From Parvibaculales bacterium (GTDB lineage: Bacteria; Pseudomonadota; Alphaproteobacteria; RS24): a stretch of DNA of 64,000 bases. This document shows positions 21,761 to 31,012 of this stretch, piece after piece. A program made the position numbers and the translations under genes. The DNA is taken from positions 1,088-65,087 of the forward strand of contig JBMZAX010000012.1 in NCBI GenBank assembly GCA_049611805.1. The letters are read 5' to 3'. The notes under the pieces are model-generated. The model saw only the letters and a list, made by a program, of their open reading frames with translations. It did not search any database and was not told the DNA's origin. How positions within the stretch are numbered: position 1 is the first letter of the stretch; each line of letters starts with the position of its first letter.

Positions 21761-22531
21761 CTAGTCCGGTGCGCGGGCACCGAACAAAAACTCTTTATTG
21801 CCTTGCGGCCCGACAATCGGGCTTGGGACAATCTCGGCGCCCTGCCAGTCGGGAAATGTCTCGGCGAACCATGCGGCGAAGTCTGCGCATACGCGCGCAT
21901 GCACGCCCGCATCGCTGACGACACCGTTTTTGCCAATCGCCGCGCGACCGGCCTCAAATTGCGGCTTGATGAGCGCAACCATCCACCCGCCATCTGCAAG
22001 CAAGGCCATGGCGGGCGGCAGCACCAGCGACAGGCGAATAAAGCTGACATCGCAAACAAGGCAATTAGTTGGAATGGCAGGCGGCGTGAGGATATGGTCG
22101 CGCGTCAGCTCCCGCGCATTCACGCCCTCCAAATTGGTGACGCATGGGTGCCCCCGCAAATCGGAATGCAACTGGTCATGGCCGACATCGACGGCATAAA
22201 CATGCGCCGCGCCGCGTTTCAACAACACATCCGTAAAGCCGCCGGTCGAAGCGCCCAGATCAATCGCGCATTTTCCGTCGGGGTCATAGCCGAACGCATC
22301 CAGCCCATGCGCCAGCTTGAGCCCGCCGCGCGACACATAATCATGACCCGCCCCGCTCACCTTGATTTCGGCATCGGCTTGGGTGGCGTGCGCCGCGCGT
22401 GTCATCACCTGTCCGTCAACCTGCACATGACCGGCTTTGATTGCCACTGTCGCGCGCGCACGGCTTTCAAAAAGCCCGCGCGTCACCAGTAAAACATCGA
22501 GGCGGGTTTTGGTTGAAATTGGCGGGTTCAC
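21761..22531 (-). CDS. tlyA: TlyA family rRNA (cytidine-2'-O)-methyltransferase
   Basis: S4-like RLDVLLVTRGLFESR plus FtsJ-type SAM motif DLGASTGGFTDVLL. Start set to GTG 22531, directly downstream of the dxs stop codon. The track start at 22585 lies inside dxs. Confidence 0.85.
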   Translation of the reverse strand: MNPPISTKTRLDVLLVTRGLFESRARATVAIKAGHVQVDGQVMTRAAHATQADAEIKVSGAGHDYVSRGGLKLAHGLDAFGYDPDGKCAIDLGASTGGFTDVLLKRGAAHVYAVDVGHDQLHSDLRGHPCVTNLEGVNARELTRDHILTPPAIPTNCLVCDVSFIRLSLVLPPAMALLADGGWMVALIKPQFEAGRAAIGKNGVVSDAGVHARVCADFAAWFAETFPDWQGAEIVPSPIVGPQGNKEFLFGARAPD

Positions 22532-22532
22532 G

Positions 22533-24452
22533 TCAGGCGCGTTTTGGCAATGTCGGTTGGGCCGCACCCTTGCCCATAAGCTCACAAACGCGCGCGAAAA
22601 TCTGTTCGGCGTTCAATCCGGCCACATCATACATTTTGGCCGGCGTGTCATGGTCGATATAGCTGTCGGGCAACTCCATGGAGCGGAATTTCAACCCAGT
22701 GTCCAAATGGCCCGCATTGGCGAGAAAATGCGCGACATGCGACCCAAAGCCGCCGACCGCGCCCTCTTCAATCGTGAACAGCGCCTCGTGCTCACGCGCC
22801 ATGCGCGCAATCAGGTCAACATCCAGCGGCTTCATGAACCGCGCATCGACAACGCTTGTGCGCCAGCCCTCGGCATCCAGCCTTTCGGCGGCCTGCACGG
22901 CGTGTTCCAGCCGCGTGCCATAGCTCAGAAGGCATATACGGCCACCTTCGCGGATGACGCGACCCTTGCCAATTTCGAGCGGCGTGCCGCGCGCGGGCAA
23001 GGCCAGCCCGACAGCTTCGCCGCGCGGATAGCGCACGGCGGACGGGCCTTCATCATAAAGGGCTTGTGTCGCCACCATATGCATCAGTTCCACCTCATCG
23101 GCGGCCGCCATCAGCATCATATTCGGCACCGTGCCCAGATAGGCCGGATCAAATGCGCCGGCATGGGTCGGCCCGTCGGCACCGACAAGGCCGGCACGGT
23201 CTATGGCAAAACGCACGGGCAGATTTTGCAGCGCCACATCATGAATAACCTGGTCATAAGCGCGTTGCAGAAAGGTCGAATAAATCGCGGCAAAAGGCTT
23301 GAAGCCTTCCGTCGCCAGCCCGGCGGCAAAGGTTACGCCATGCTGTTCGGCAATGCCGACATCAAAACAGCGCGCCGGAAACGCTTCGGCGAATTTATCA
23401 AGGCCGGTGCCCGACGGCATGGCCGCGGTAATGCCGACAATTTTTTCGTCATGGGCGGCCTCGGCAATCAGCGCTTTGGCAAAAACGGATGTATAGCTCG
23501 CCGCTTTGGGCTCCGCCTTGGACTGAACCCCGGTGACCACATCAAATTTGGAGACCCCGTGATATTTGTCGCTGGCCGCTTCGGCGGGTGCATAGCCGTG
23601 CCCTTTTTTGGTCACCACATGAATGAGCGTCGGGCCGTCGCCGGTTTTGCGAACATTTTGCAAGACCGGCCTAAGATGGTCGAGATTGTGCCCGTCGACC
23701 GGGCCGACATAGTAAAAACCCATTTCCTCAAACAAGGTGCCGCCCGTGGCGAGCCCGCGCGCATATTCTTCAATCTGGCGGGCTTTTTCCTCAATGCCGT
23801 CCGAGAACATGCCCGCCACCCCTTTGGCGAACCGGCGCATGGATTTATAAGTCGTGCCTGAAAGCAGGCGCGCGAGATAGGCGCTCATGGCACCGACGGG
23901 CGGCGCGATTGACATGTCATTGTCGTTCAGAATAACGATAAGCCGGTTTTTCATCGCACCGGCATTGTTCATGGCCTCAAACGCCATGCCTGCGCTCATC
24001 GCCCCGTCGCCAATAACGGCGATGACGTGATTGTCATTGTCCATGAGATCACGCGCCACGGCCATGCCGAGACCGGCGGAAATCGATGTCGAACTATGCG
24101 CCGCACCGAACGGGTCGTAGACACTTTCAGCCCGCTTGGTAAAGCCGGAAAGCCCGCCGCCTTTTCGCAAAGTGCGTATGCGGTCGCGCCGTCCGGTCAG
24201 AATCTTGTGCGGATAGGCCTGATGCCCGACATCCCAGATAATCCTGTCTTCGGGCGTGTTGAACACATGGTGCAATGCCACGGTCAGCTCGACCACGCCC
24301 AGCCCCGCGCCCAGATGCCCGCCGGTTTCCGACACGGCCGAAATGGTTTCGTGGCGCAATTCGTCGGCAAGCTGGCGCAGATCTTCGCTCGGCAATTCAC
24401 GCAAATCCGCCGGATTTGTGATTTTGTCAAGAAGAGGGGTCGGGGGCGTCAT
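22533..24452 (-). CDS. dxs: 1-deoxy-D-xylulose-5-phosphate synthase
   Basis: 639 aa. [18 protein letters not shown] and [15 protein letters not shown] ThDP motifs. Confidence 0.95.
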   Translation of the reverse strand: MTPPTPLLDKITNPADLRELPSEDLRQLADELRHETISAVSETGGHLGAGLGVVELTVALHHVFNTPEDRIIWDVGHQAYPHKILTGRRDRIRTLRKGGGLSGFTKRAESVYDPFGAAHSSTSISAGLGMAVARDLMDNDNHVIAVIGDGAMSAGMAFEAMNNAGAMKNRLIVILNDNDMSIAPPVGAMSAYLARLLSGTTYKSMRRFAKGVAGMFSDGIEEKARQIEEYARGLATGGTLFEEMGFYYVGPVDGHNLDHLRPVLQNVRKTGDGPTLIHVVTKKGHGYAPAEAASDKYHGVSKFDVVTGVQSKAEPKAASYTSVFAKALIAEAAHDEKIVGITAAMPSGTGLDKFAEAFPARCFDVGIAEQHGVTFAAGLATEGFKPFAAIYSTFLQRAYDQVIHDVALQNLPVRFAIDRAGLVGADGPTHAGAFDPAYLGTVPNMMLMAAADEVELMHMVATQALYDEGPSAVRYPRGEAVGLALPARGTPLEIGKGRVIREGGRICLLSYGTRLEHAVQAAERLDAEGWRTSVVDARFMKPLDVDLIARMAREHEALFTIEEGAVGGFGSHVAHFLANAGHLDTGLKFRSMELPDSYIDHDTPAKMYDVAGLNAEQIFARVCELMGKGAAQPTLPKRA

Positions 24453-24484
24453 CGGGTTCCTCGAATTGAATTGAGGCGTTTGTA

Positions 24485-25372
24485 TCAGCTTCGCCGCTGA
24501 ATAACAAATGCGGCAGCTTCGCGCAGCGGGTCGGCGCGTTCGCCGAAGGCATCGAGATAGCCCACCGCCTGATGCGACAATTGCAGCGCCTGTTCGCGCG
24601 CGCGTTCCACCCCCAGCAAGGAAACGAATGTGCTTTTGTCCTGGGCGTCATCTTTGCCGACAGATTTGCCCAAAATATCGGCGTCGCCCTCAATATCCAG
24701 CACATCATCGGCGATTTGATAGGCCAGCCCGATATCATGGGCAAAGCCCGCCAACGCGTGGCGTTCGTTCGCCTCGGCACCGCCCAAAACGGCTCCGGCA
24801 TCAACCGCGAAACTGATGAGCGCGCCGGTTTTCATTTTCTGCAACCGCGTCAGGCCACCGGCATCCAGCGTGTCGCGCGCCGCCATCATATCAATCATCT
24901 GCCCGCCGACCATGCCTTGCATGCCCGACGCGCGCGCCAGCCCCGCAACCAGATCAAGGCGCGTGGTCACGGTGTTGTGCGTGGCTTCGTCGGACAATAT
25001 TTCAAAGGCAAGGCTTATCAGCGCATCGCCCGCCAGTATCGCGGTCGCCTCGTCAAAGGCCTTGTGCAGGGCCGGCTTGCCGCGCCGCATATCATCATCA
25101 TCCATGCAGGGCAGATCGTCATGGATAAGCGAATAGCAATGAATACACTCAATCGCGCTCGCCACGCGAATGGCGGTGGGTTCCGGTGCGTCGAAAATTT
25201 GCGCAGATGCCAGACATAAAAAAGGGCGAAACCCTTTGCCGTCGGCAAGAACCGTGTAGCGCATGGCTTCATATAGGCGCCCCTCATGCCCGTCGGGCAC
25301 GGCCAAAAGCGCGTCCAGTGCTGTGTTTACTTGCCCGGCTGCATGTTGCAACAGCTTTTGAAAGCCGGACAT
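24485..25372 (-). CDS. ispA: (2E,6E)-farnesyl diphosphate synthase (short-chain polyprenyl synthase)
   Basis: 295 aa. First Asp-rich motif [17 protein letters not shown] and second motif QIADDVLD. The xseB-ispA-dxs order matches E. coli. Confidence 0.85.
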   Translation of the reverse strand: MSGFQKLLQHAAGQVNTALDALLAVPDGHEGRLYEAMRYTVLADGKGFRPFLCLASAQIFDAPEPTAIRVASAIECIHCYSLIHDDLPCMDDDDMRRGKPALHKAFDEATAILAGDALISLAFEILSDEATHNTVTTRLDLVAGLARASGMQGMVGGQMIDMMAARDTLDAGGLTRLQKMKTGALISFAVDAGAVLGGAEANERHALAGFAHDIGLAYQIADDVLDIEGDADILGKSVGKDDAQDKSTFVSLLGVERAREQALQLSHQAVGYLDAFGERADPLREAAAFVIQRRS

Positions 25373-25381
25373 GTGTTTGCC

Positions 25382-25636
25382 CTATTCCTCGTCCAGCGGT
25401 TGCGTGCCAGCACCGCCGTCGGAAATTTTTTCGATACGCATTTGCGCATCGCGCAATTTTTCATCGCAATAGGCGCGCAATTGGCTGCCGCGCTGATAAA
25501 TCTCAATGGAGGCTTCAAGCGCAACATCGCCGCGCTCCAGACGCTCGACAATGGTTTCAAGCTCGGCCAGCGCCGCCTCGAAACTCAATTCGCGAATATC
25601 TTCTGCAATCTCGATTTTTCCGTCATCTGCCATCAT
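25382..25636 (-). CDS. xseB: exodeoxyribonuclease VII small subunit
   Basis: 84 aa. LSFEAALAELETIVERLERGDVALEASIEIYQRG is typical XseB. Confidence 0.9.
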   Translation of the reverse strand: MMADDGKIEIAEDIRELSFEAALAELETIVERLERGDVALEASIEIYQRGSQLRAYCDEKLRDAQMRIEKISDGGAGTQPLDEE

Positions 25637-25654
25637 GTCTCCCCATGCGCGTGG

Positions 25655-26713
25655 CTAGGCGGTGGTAAAATTATACACGCCATCATCATCCAATTGCATA
25701 TTTACCAGCTTGCGATGCACCAGACACATCAAATGCGCGAGGCTTTCGCCGGTAGCCATGAAATATGTGTCGGCGGTGATTTTGCGTTTGAACAGGGCCG
25801 AGAAAATTTCACGGTCAACCGCGCGGCGCGGGGTTTTGCAAACATCCAGAAGCCGCGTCATGGCGTTTTCATGGCCGTCGACCAGCGCATCCAGGCGCGC
25901 ATGCAGCCCGTAAAACGGCTCATTATGGGCCGGCAAAACCAGCGCATCGCCGGGCAATTCCTTGCGCAGCCTTATGCAACTGTCGATCCAGTCCTGCAGC
26001 GGATTCGCAAAAGGCTCGGTCGGAAACAGCGATACATTTGACGAGATGCGCGGGATAACCTGATCGCCGGAAATCAGCACATTCAAATCGGCGCAATAAA
26101 GACACGCATGTTCGGGCGCGTGCCCGCTGCCGATTTCCACCCGCCAGATGCGCCCGCCAATCTCCAGCTCATCATCTTGCTTGAGGCGGTTATAGGCCTG
26201 CGGCAATGGGAAAATATGTTGCCCGAAGCCGCCAAAGCGTTCGCCATAGCGCGCCAGCCCGGATTCGGAAAATCCGGCACGGTGATAAAACCGAATGGCT
26301 TCGTCGGGCGCTTTGAGGCCGGTGTCTCCGGCCATGGCGCGGCACATCAGATAATCGGTGCGCGACATGTAAAATTCGGCGTCGAACCTTTTGACCAGCC
26401 AACCGGCCAGCCCCACATGGTCGGGGTGCATATGCGTCACCAGCACTCTTGAGATGGGCTTATTGTCCATAATGCCGCTGAACAATGTCTCATAATTTTG
26501 CCGCGCGCTGTCCATATCCACGCAAGTGTCGACCAGCACCCAGCTGTCGCCGTCATCGATCAACCAGATATTAATGTGATCGAGCGAGTAAGGCAGATGC
26601 ATGCGCACCCAATACACGCCGTCGGCAACGGCGATTGCCTTGCCGGGTTCGGGCAATGTCTCGAAAGGATATTGCAGGCCATGTGCCTGCGGCTGTGACA
26701 GTTTTTTATTCAC
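25655..26713 (-). CDS. MBL-fold metallo-hydrolase
   Basis: 352 aa. HMHPDHVG (HxHxDH) zinc motif and later GHAPEH. Confidence 0.8.
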   Translation of the reverse strand: MNKKLSQPQAHGLQYPFETLPEPGKAIAVADGVYWVRMHLPYSLDHINIWLIDDGDSWVLVDTCVDMDSARQNYETLFSGIMDNKPISRVLVTHMHPDHVGLAGWLVKRFDAEFYMSRTDYLMCRAMAGDTGLKAPDEAIRFYHRAGFSESGLARYGERFGGFGQHIFPLPQAYNRLKQDDELEIGGRIWRVEIGSGHAPEHACLYCADLNVLISGDQVIPRISSNVSLFPTEPFANPLQDWIDSCIRLRKELPGDALVLPAHNEPFYGLHARLDALVDGHENAMTRLLDVCKTPRRAVDREIFSALFKRKITADTYFMATGESLAHLMCLVHRKLVNMQLDDDGVYNFTTA

Positions 26714-26725
26714 GATAAACCTCTT

Positions 26726-26750
26726 CGTTTTTTCCGGTTCGGAAAAAACG
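26726..26750. promoter_or_regulatory. perfect inverted repeat, 11-bp arms and 3-nt spacer (CGTTTTTTCCG gtt CGGAAAAAACG), in a divergent promoter region
   Basis: Read directly at 26726-26750 in the 89-nt gap between the MBL hydrolase start (26713, minus) and the SDR start (26803, plus). An imperfect ATTTCCAA/TTTGAAAT repeat follows at 26752-26767. Confidence 0.3.
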
Positions 26751-26802
26751 GATTTCCAATTTGAAATCGGTGTACCATATTTACTCCGACTTCCAAAATT
26801 GA

Positions 26803-27807
26803 ATGAAACGGGGATTTATCTTGAACACACCGCCGACCTTACGAAAAACGGCTCTGATTACGGGTGCCTCCGCAGGCATTGGCCGCGACTATGCCCGCTA
26901 TCTCGCCGCCGAGGGCTATGACCTTATTCTGACGGCACGGCGCAAGGCGCGCCTTGACGAGGTGGCCCGCGAGCTTTCCGGCGCGTTCGGCACACAAGTG
27001 ACCGTGCTGACCGCCGATCTGACAGACCCTGCCGCGCCGACAAAACTGGCGGCGGATATTCGCAAAAAAAAGCTTCAAGTCGACTATCTCGTCAACAATG
27101 CCGGTTATCAGGTGCCCGGATTTTTCGACCGTGTGCGCTGGGATGTACAACGCGACATGATGCAGATCATGATGACGGCGGTGGCCGAGCTGTGCCACAT
27201 ATTCGGGCCGGAAATGGCCGCGCGCGGCTTCGGGCGCATTGTCAATATTTCTTCCGTCGCCGCCTTTGTGCCCGGACAGGCGGGCGGCGCGCTCTACCCT
27301 TCGGTGAAAGCCTTTGTCTTGCGCCTGAGCCAGAGCCTTGCCACCGAATATCAATCAGCCGGTGTGCATGTGGTTGCCGTGTGTCCGGGTTTTACCTGGA
27401 GCGAATTTCACGATGTCGCGGGCAATCGGGCGCAAATGAACAAGCTGCCCGGTTTCATGTGGCTGGACGGCCCCAAAGTTGTTTCGGACGCGCATAGTGC
27501 CGTTGAAGCCGGTCGCGGGCCCGTCATCGTCAATGGCTGGGTCTATAAGGTGCTGACCACGCTGCTGCAAATCATTCCCGATAATTGGGTCGGCCGCCTT
27601 GCCGCACGCGGGACGCGCAACAATGCGCTACGCCCGGAAGATGCGCGCGACGCGCCTGTTTCACCGGCGCGTAAAAGCCCACCCAAAAGCGCGCCCAAAA
27701 AACCTGCAAAAAAATCCTCCGGCAAAGCTTCAGGCAAATCATCCGGCACTGCAAAACCTGCGCGCAAAACCGCCAAGCGCACCGGCAAACAGGCAGATAA
27801 CGGGTAA
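26803..27807 (+). CDS. SDR family oxidoreductase (COG0300-like) with a ~45-aa Lys/Ala/Pro/Ser-rich basic C-terminal tail
   Basis: 334 aa. TGASAGIG cofactor motif, YPSVKAF (YxxxK), hydrophobic helix WVYKVLTTLLQII. Tail is RKSPPKSAPKKPAKKSSGKASGKSSGTAKPARKTAKRTGKQADNG. Confidence 0.85.
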   Translation: MKRGFILNTPPTLRKTALITGASAGIGRDYARYLAAEGYDLILTARRKARLDEVARELSGAFGTQVTVLTADLTDPAAPTKLAADIRKKKLQVDYLVNNAGYQVPGFFDRVRWDVQRDMMQIMMTAVAELCHIFGPEMAARGFGRIVNISSVAAFVPGQAGGALYPSVKAFVLRLSQSLATEYQSAGVHVVAVCPGFTWSEFHDVAGNRAQMNKLPGFMWLDGPKVVSDAHSAVEAGRGPVIVNGWVYKVLTTLLQIIPDNWVGRLAARGTRNNALRPEDARDAPVSPARKSPPKSAPKKPAKKSSGKASGKSSGTAKPARKTAKRTGKQADNG

Positions 27808-27811
27808 TCTT

Positions 27812-28771
27812 ATGGCGGTGCTCGCGGCGACACACGCCAATATCACACGCTGCGCCGAACGCCTGCGCGCGGGCGACATTATCGCCATGCCCACCGAAAC
27901 CGTTTATGGGCTGGCGGCGGATGCAACCAATGCCGCGGCGGTGGCGGCGGTTTATGCCGGCAAGGCGCGCCCGAAAATCAACCCGCTTATCTGTCATGTC
28001 GGCGCGCCGGAAGAGGCGTTTGAGCTGGGGGTTTTCAACGCTCACGCCCGCCGTCTGGCCGAACGTTTCTGGCCGGGCCCGCTGACGCTTGTTGTGCCGC
28101 GGGCCGCAATTTGCGCGGTCAGCGAACTGGCAAGTGCCGGTCTGCCGACGCTGGCGCTGCGCTGCCCCGACCACGCCGTTGCGCGCGCTTTGCTTGGCGA
28201 AACCGCGCGGCCCCTTGTGGCCCCCAGCGCCAATCCGTCGGGTCAATTAAGCCCCAGTCAGGCGCACCATGTGAGCGCGCATTTGCCCGATATCGACGTG
28301 CTGGATGGGGGCCCGTGCGCCGTCGGGCTCGAGTCGACCATTATCGGCTGTCTGGAGGAAGACCCCACCCTGCTGCGCACGGGCGGTCTGTCGCGCGATG
28401 TGCTGGAAGCGTGCCTCGACAGAAGCTTGGCCGAATTGCCGGAAAATGCCGACCGCACGGCGCGGCTGGCACCGGGGCGCATGTTGCGCCATTACGCCCC
28501 GCGCGCGCCGCTTTGCATTAATGGCGAGATGCCGGAAGGCGCATATCTTCTCTTGGGCTTCGGGCCGGAGGCGTCCGAAGGAGCGGTGGAAAATCTGAGC
28601 CCGTCGGGAAACCTGAACGAGGCCGCCGCCAATCTTTTTGACTGCCTGCACCGGCTGGATGCGCGCGCAATGGCCGAGGGCAAGGCCATTGTCGTCGCCC
28701 CCGTGCCGACGGGCGGGCTGGGCGATGCCATTAACGACCGGCTTAAACGCGCCGCGCAAAACACGCCGTAA
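27812..28771 (+). CDS. L-threonylcarbamoyladenylate synthase (Sua5/YwlC/TsaC family, long form)
   Basis: Start set to ATG 27812 (MAVLAATHANI...). AMPTETVYGLAADA and APSANPSG motifs plus a C-terminal Sua5 domain. The track start at 27599 lies in another frame of the SDR tail. Confidence 0.9.
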   Translation: MAVLAATHANITRCAERLRAGDIIAMPTETVYGLAADATNAAAVAAVYAGKARPKINPLICHVGAPEEAFELGVFNAHARRLAERFWPGPLTLVVPRAAICAVSELASAGLPTLALRCPDHAVARALLGETARPLVAPSANPSGQLSPSQAHHVSAHLPDIDVLDGGPCAVGLESTIIGCLEEDPTLLRTGGLSRDVLEACLDRSLAELPENADRTARLAPGRMLRHYAPRAPLCINGEMPEGAYLLLGFGPEASEGAVENLSPSGNLNEAAANLFDCLHRLDARAMAEGKAIVVAPVPTGGLGDAINDRLKRAAQNTP

Positions 28772-28790
28772 TATTTGGATTTGGGTCGCC

Positions 28791-29645
28791 TCAGCTTGCG
28801 AGATGCTGGACAAGCAGGGTCGGCACATCCAGACAATGTGATTTGACCGTGCACACGCGCGTGCCCGCTTTGCGGCCTTCGCGCACTTCCGACACCGCCA
28901 CATTGCTTTCGACCAGACGGGCATGGGTCGTTTCAATATCGTCGGTCTTCAGTGCCAGTCCCCATAAATGATCAAGCTCGGCGTCATATTTTGGCGCGCC
29001 GATAACCTCAATGCTCATACGGTTGGTGCGGAAAAACAGCATGTCGCCGCCCCAATCGGGCCGCGATTGTTCCAACGCCAGCCGGATGCCAAGCTGGGAG
29101 CCGTAGAAATTTTTTGAGGCTTGCGTGTCGGACGTTTGCACCACCACATGGTCAACCCCCGTACACGGGCCCGCCCCGGCGACAGGTGCCGGTTTGAGCG
29201 CGTCAGGGTCGTCATGGCGAATGGCAAAACTGAAAATGCCGCGCGCGGCGGCGTCCGGCCACACCATATTCTGCCAGCTTCGCTTGGCGGTCTCGGCAAG
29301 GTCGGTTCCGTGCCCCGCCATCGGATCGCTAATGTCCAGCCCGGCATTGCGGGCATGGTCAATAAACGGCGCGATTTCCGCGACACCGAATACCAGCCCC
29401 ATCAGCCCCTGCCCCTTGTCGGCAATATGTTGCGTCACGCGATCACCGGCCCAGCCCGACCCTTCGGCGGCCAGCAATTCGAGATAGGTGTTGTCGAGTT
29501 TGAACAGCGTGTTGGCGCTGCCATAATCGGGATGGCGCCCCTGCCAGCTTGGGACGCGCCCCAGCATGAGAGCGTAATCACGGGTGGCGGCTTCCAGGTC
29601 AGAAACGGCAATAATAATATGGTCAACACACGCAGACATGGGCAA
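28791..29645 (-). CDS. two-domain VOC (glyoxalase/bleomycin-resistance/dioxygenase) family protein
   Basis: 284 aa. Two repeats of the VOC module (VDHIIIAVSDLEAA... and VDHVVVQTSDTQAS...). Confidence 0.7.
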   Translation of the reverse strand: MPMSACVDHIIIAVSDLEAATRDYALMLGRVPSWQGRHPDYGSANTLFKLDNTYLELLAAEGSGWAGDRVTQHIADKGQGLMGLVFGVAEIAPFIDHARNAGLDISDPMAGHGTDLAETAKRSWQNMVWPDAAARGIFSFAIRHDDPDALKPAPVAGAGPCTGVDHVVVQTSDTQASKNFYGSQLGIRLALEQSRPDWGGDMLFFRTNRMSIEVIGAPKYDAELDHLWGLALKTDDIETTHARLVESNVAVSEVREGRKAGTRVCTVKSHCLDVPTLLVQHLAS

Positions 29646-29672
29646 AACTCTAGCAGGGCGGAGCGCGCGCGC

Positions 29673-30374
29673 CTAGAATAAATCCAATTGCTCGGCAGCT
29701 TTCACAGGCTCGGTTTCCTGCCACAAATCAGCCCCTTCGGCGTCGCGCTTGTTCACGCGTTTTGAAACCGGTGTGTCGACAAAAGCCCCGATATCGGCAG
29801 GCTTCAACAGGCTTTGCAAAGCCGGCGCGTCAGTTTCGAAGGCCGACAGCCAATCGGGTGCATCGGCCGGTGCAATCATGGCCGGCATGCGATGATGGAT
29901 ATGCGCGAGATTTTCCGCCGCCTCGACCGTCACCACGGCACAACCCTCAATTTCGCTGCCATCCGGGCCCGCCCAGACATCCCAAATCGCCGCCATGAAA
30001 AACGGTTGCGCATCCGCCTGCCGTATCAGATAGGGCTGGCCGGATTTTCGTTCCCATTCGTAAAACCCGTCAGCCGGCAGCAGGGCGCGGCGGCGGCGGA
30101 AAGCGTTTTTGAAACTGGGTTTGGTCTGCACGGTTTCGGCGCGCGCATTGATTTGTGGTCGCGCGCCGGGGCGTGACATATAATCGGCGCGCGCCCATCC
30201 GGGCACCAGCCCCCATTGTACCGGGTCAAGTCGGGCTTGGCGTTGCCTGCGTATCAGGCTTACCGGCTGGCCGGGCGTGATATTGTAGCGCGGCTCCATA
30301 TTGGGCAGATTGACGAACTCGACAAATTGGCGCAGTGCCGTGGGCGGCGTCACCAGTGCGAAACGACCACACAT
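29673..30374 (-). CDS. yedK: SOS response-associated peptidase (SRAP/YedK, abasic-site processing protein)
   Basis: N-terminus MCGRFAL needs Cys2 after Met removal, so I start at ATG 30374 rather than the GTG at 30377. Conserved ...YNITPGQ..., WGLVPGW, FYEWE. Confidence 0.85.
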   Translation of the reverse strand: MCGRFALVTPPTALRQFVEFVNLPNMEPRYNITPGQPVSLIRRQRQARLDPVQWGLVPGWARADYMSRPGARPQINARAETVQTKPSFKNAFRRRRALLPADGFYEWERKSGQPYLIRQADAQPFFMAAIWDVWAGPDGSEIEGCAVVTVEAAENLAHIHHRMPAMIAPADAPDWLSAFETDAPALQSLLKPADIGAFVDTPVSKRVNKRDAEGADLWQETEPVKAAEQLDLF

Positions 30375-30868
30375 CACACGCCCCCTTTTATCGGTCGAAC
30401 AATATGTCCGGTCGCCACGCCAAGGGCGGCTGCACGTCCGGCGGCTATTTCAAGCACCGCCGCCACCGGTTTGCGCGAGGTGGTGAGGCGGTCTGAATTT
30501 GTGTCATGGCGGGTGACAATGCTGGCAATGCGCCCGTCTTCGCCGATGAAAATCATGTCGAGGGGAATATGCGTGTTCCGCATCCAGAAGCCGACCTTGC
30601 GCGGCGGGTCAAACACAAACAACATGCCGGTATCGGGCGCCAGATGCGCCACATGCATGAGGCCGCGCGCATGGCCTGCCCGATCCGCAACACGGGCAAC
30701 GGAAAACGCATGGCTTGCACCATTTTCGCCAATAATTTCAATACGATAATTTGGCTCGATCGTGCGATTGGGCTCAAGATTGCGGGCCGTATCGCCGATA
30801 GCGACCGGCGGCGACACCAACATCGCCAGACACAGGAGCAAAACCGGAAATTTATGCCATATAGCCAT
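30374..30868 (-). CDS. DUF192 domain protein with signal peptide
   Basis: MLFVFDPPRKVGFWMRNTHIPLDMIFIGEDGRI is typical DUF192. Start set to ATG 30868 (MAIWHKFPVLLLCLAML... signal-like). Its TGA overlaps the yedK ATG (TGATG). Confidence 0.75.
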   Translation of the reverse strand: MAIWHKFPVLLLCLAMLVSPPVAIGDTARNLEPNRTIEPNYRIEIIGENGASHAFSVARVADRAGHARGLMHVAHLAPDTGMLFVFDPPRKVGFWMRNTHIPLDMIFIGEDGRIASIVTRHDTNSDRLTTSRKPVAAVLEIAAGRAAALGVATGHIVRPIKGGV

Positions 30869-31012
30869 TGCCAAACAGTGCCATTGCCGCGCGGCAAGGT
30901 CAAAACAGTTTGTTATGGGGCAAGTAATGATTGGCAAGTAATCATTGGCAAGCGGGGCCGGTTTGATAATATGCCAAAAATTTGGGGAGCCAAAAAATGT
31001 GGGGAGAAGGAT

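Noticed and set aside
27599-27811. N-terminal 71-aa extension of the Sua5 ORF overlapping the SDR tail, as a possible overlapping gene or fusion.
   Set aside because: The extension is an alternative-frame reading of the Lys-rich SDR tail. The canonical Sua5 N-terminus begins at ATG 27812, 5 nt after the SDR stop.
30506-31012. Long upstream extension (169 codons) of the second SDR ORF.
   Set aside because: It is antisense to the well-supported DUF192 gene. The SDR Rossmann motif starts about 12 residues after GTG 31013, which has a strong SD.
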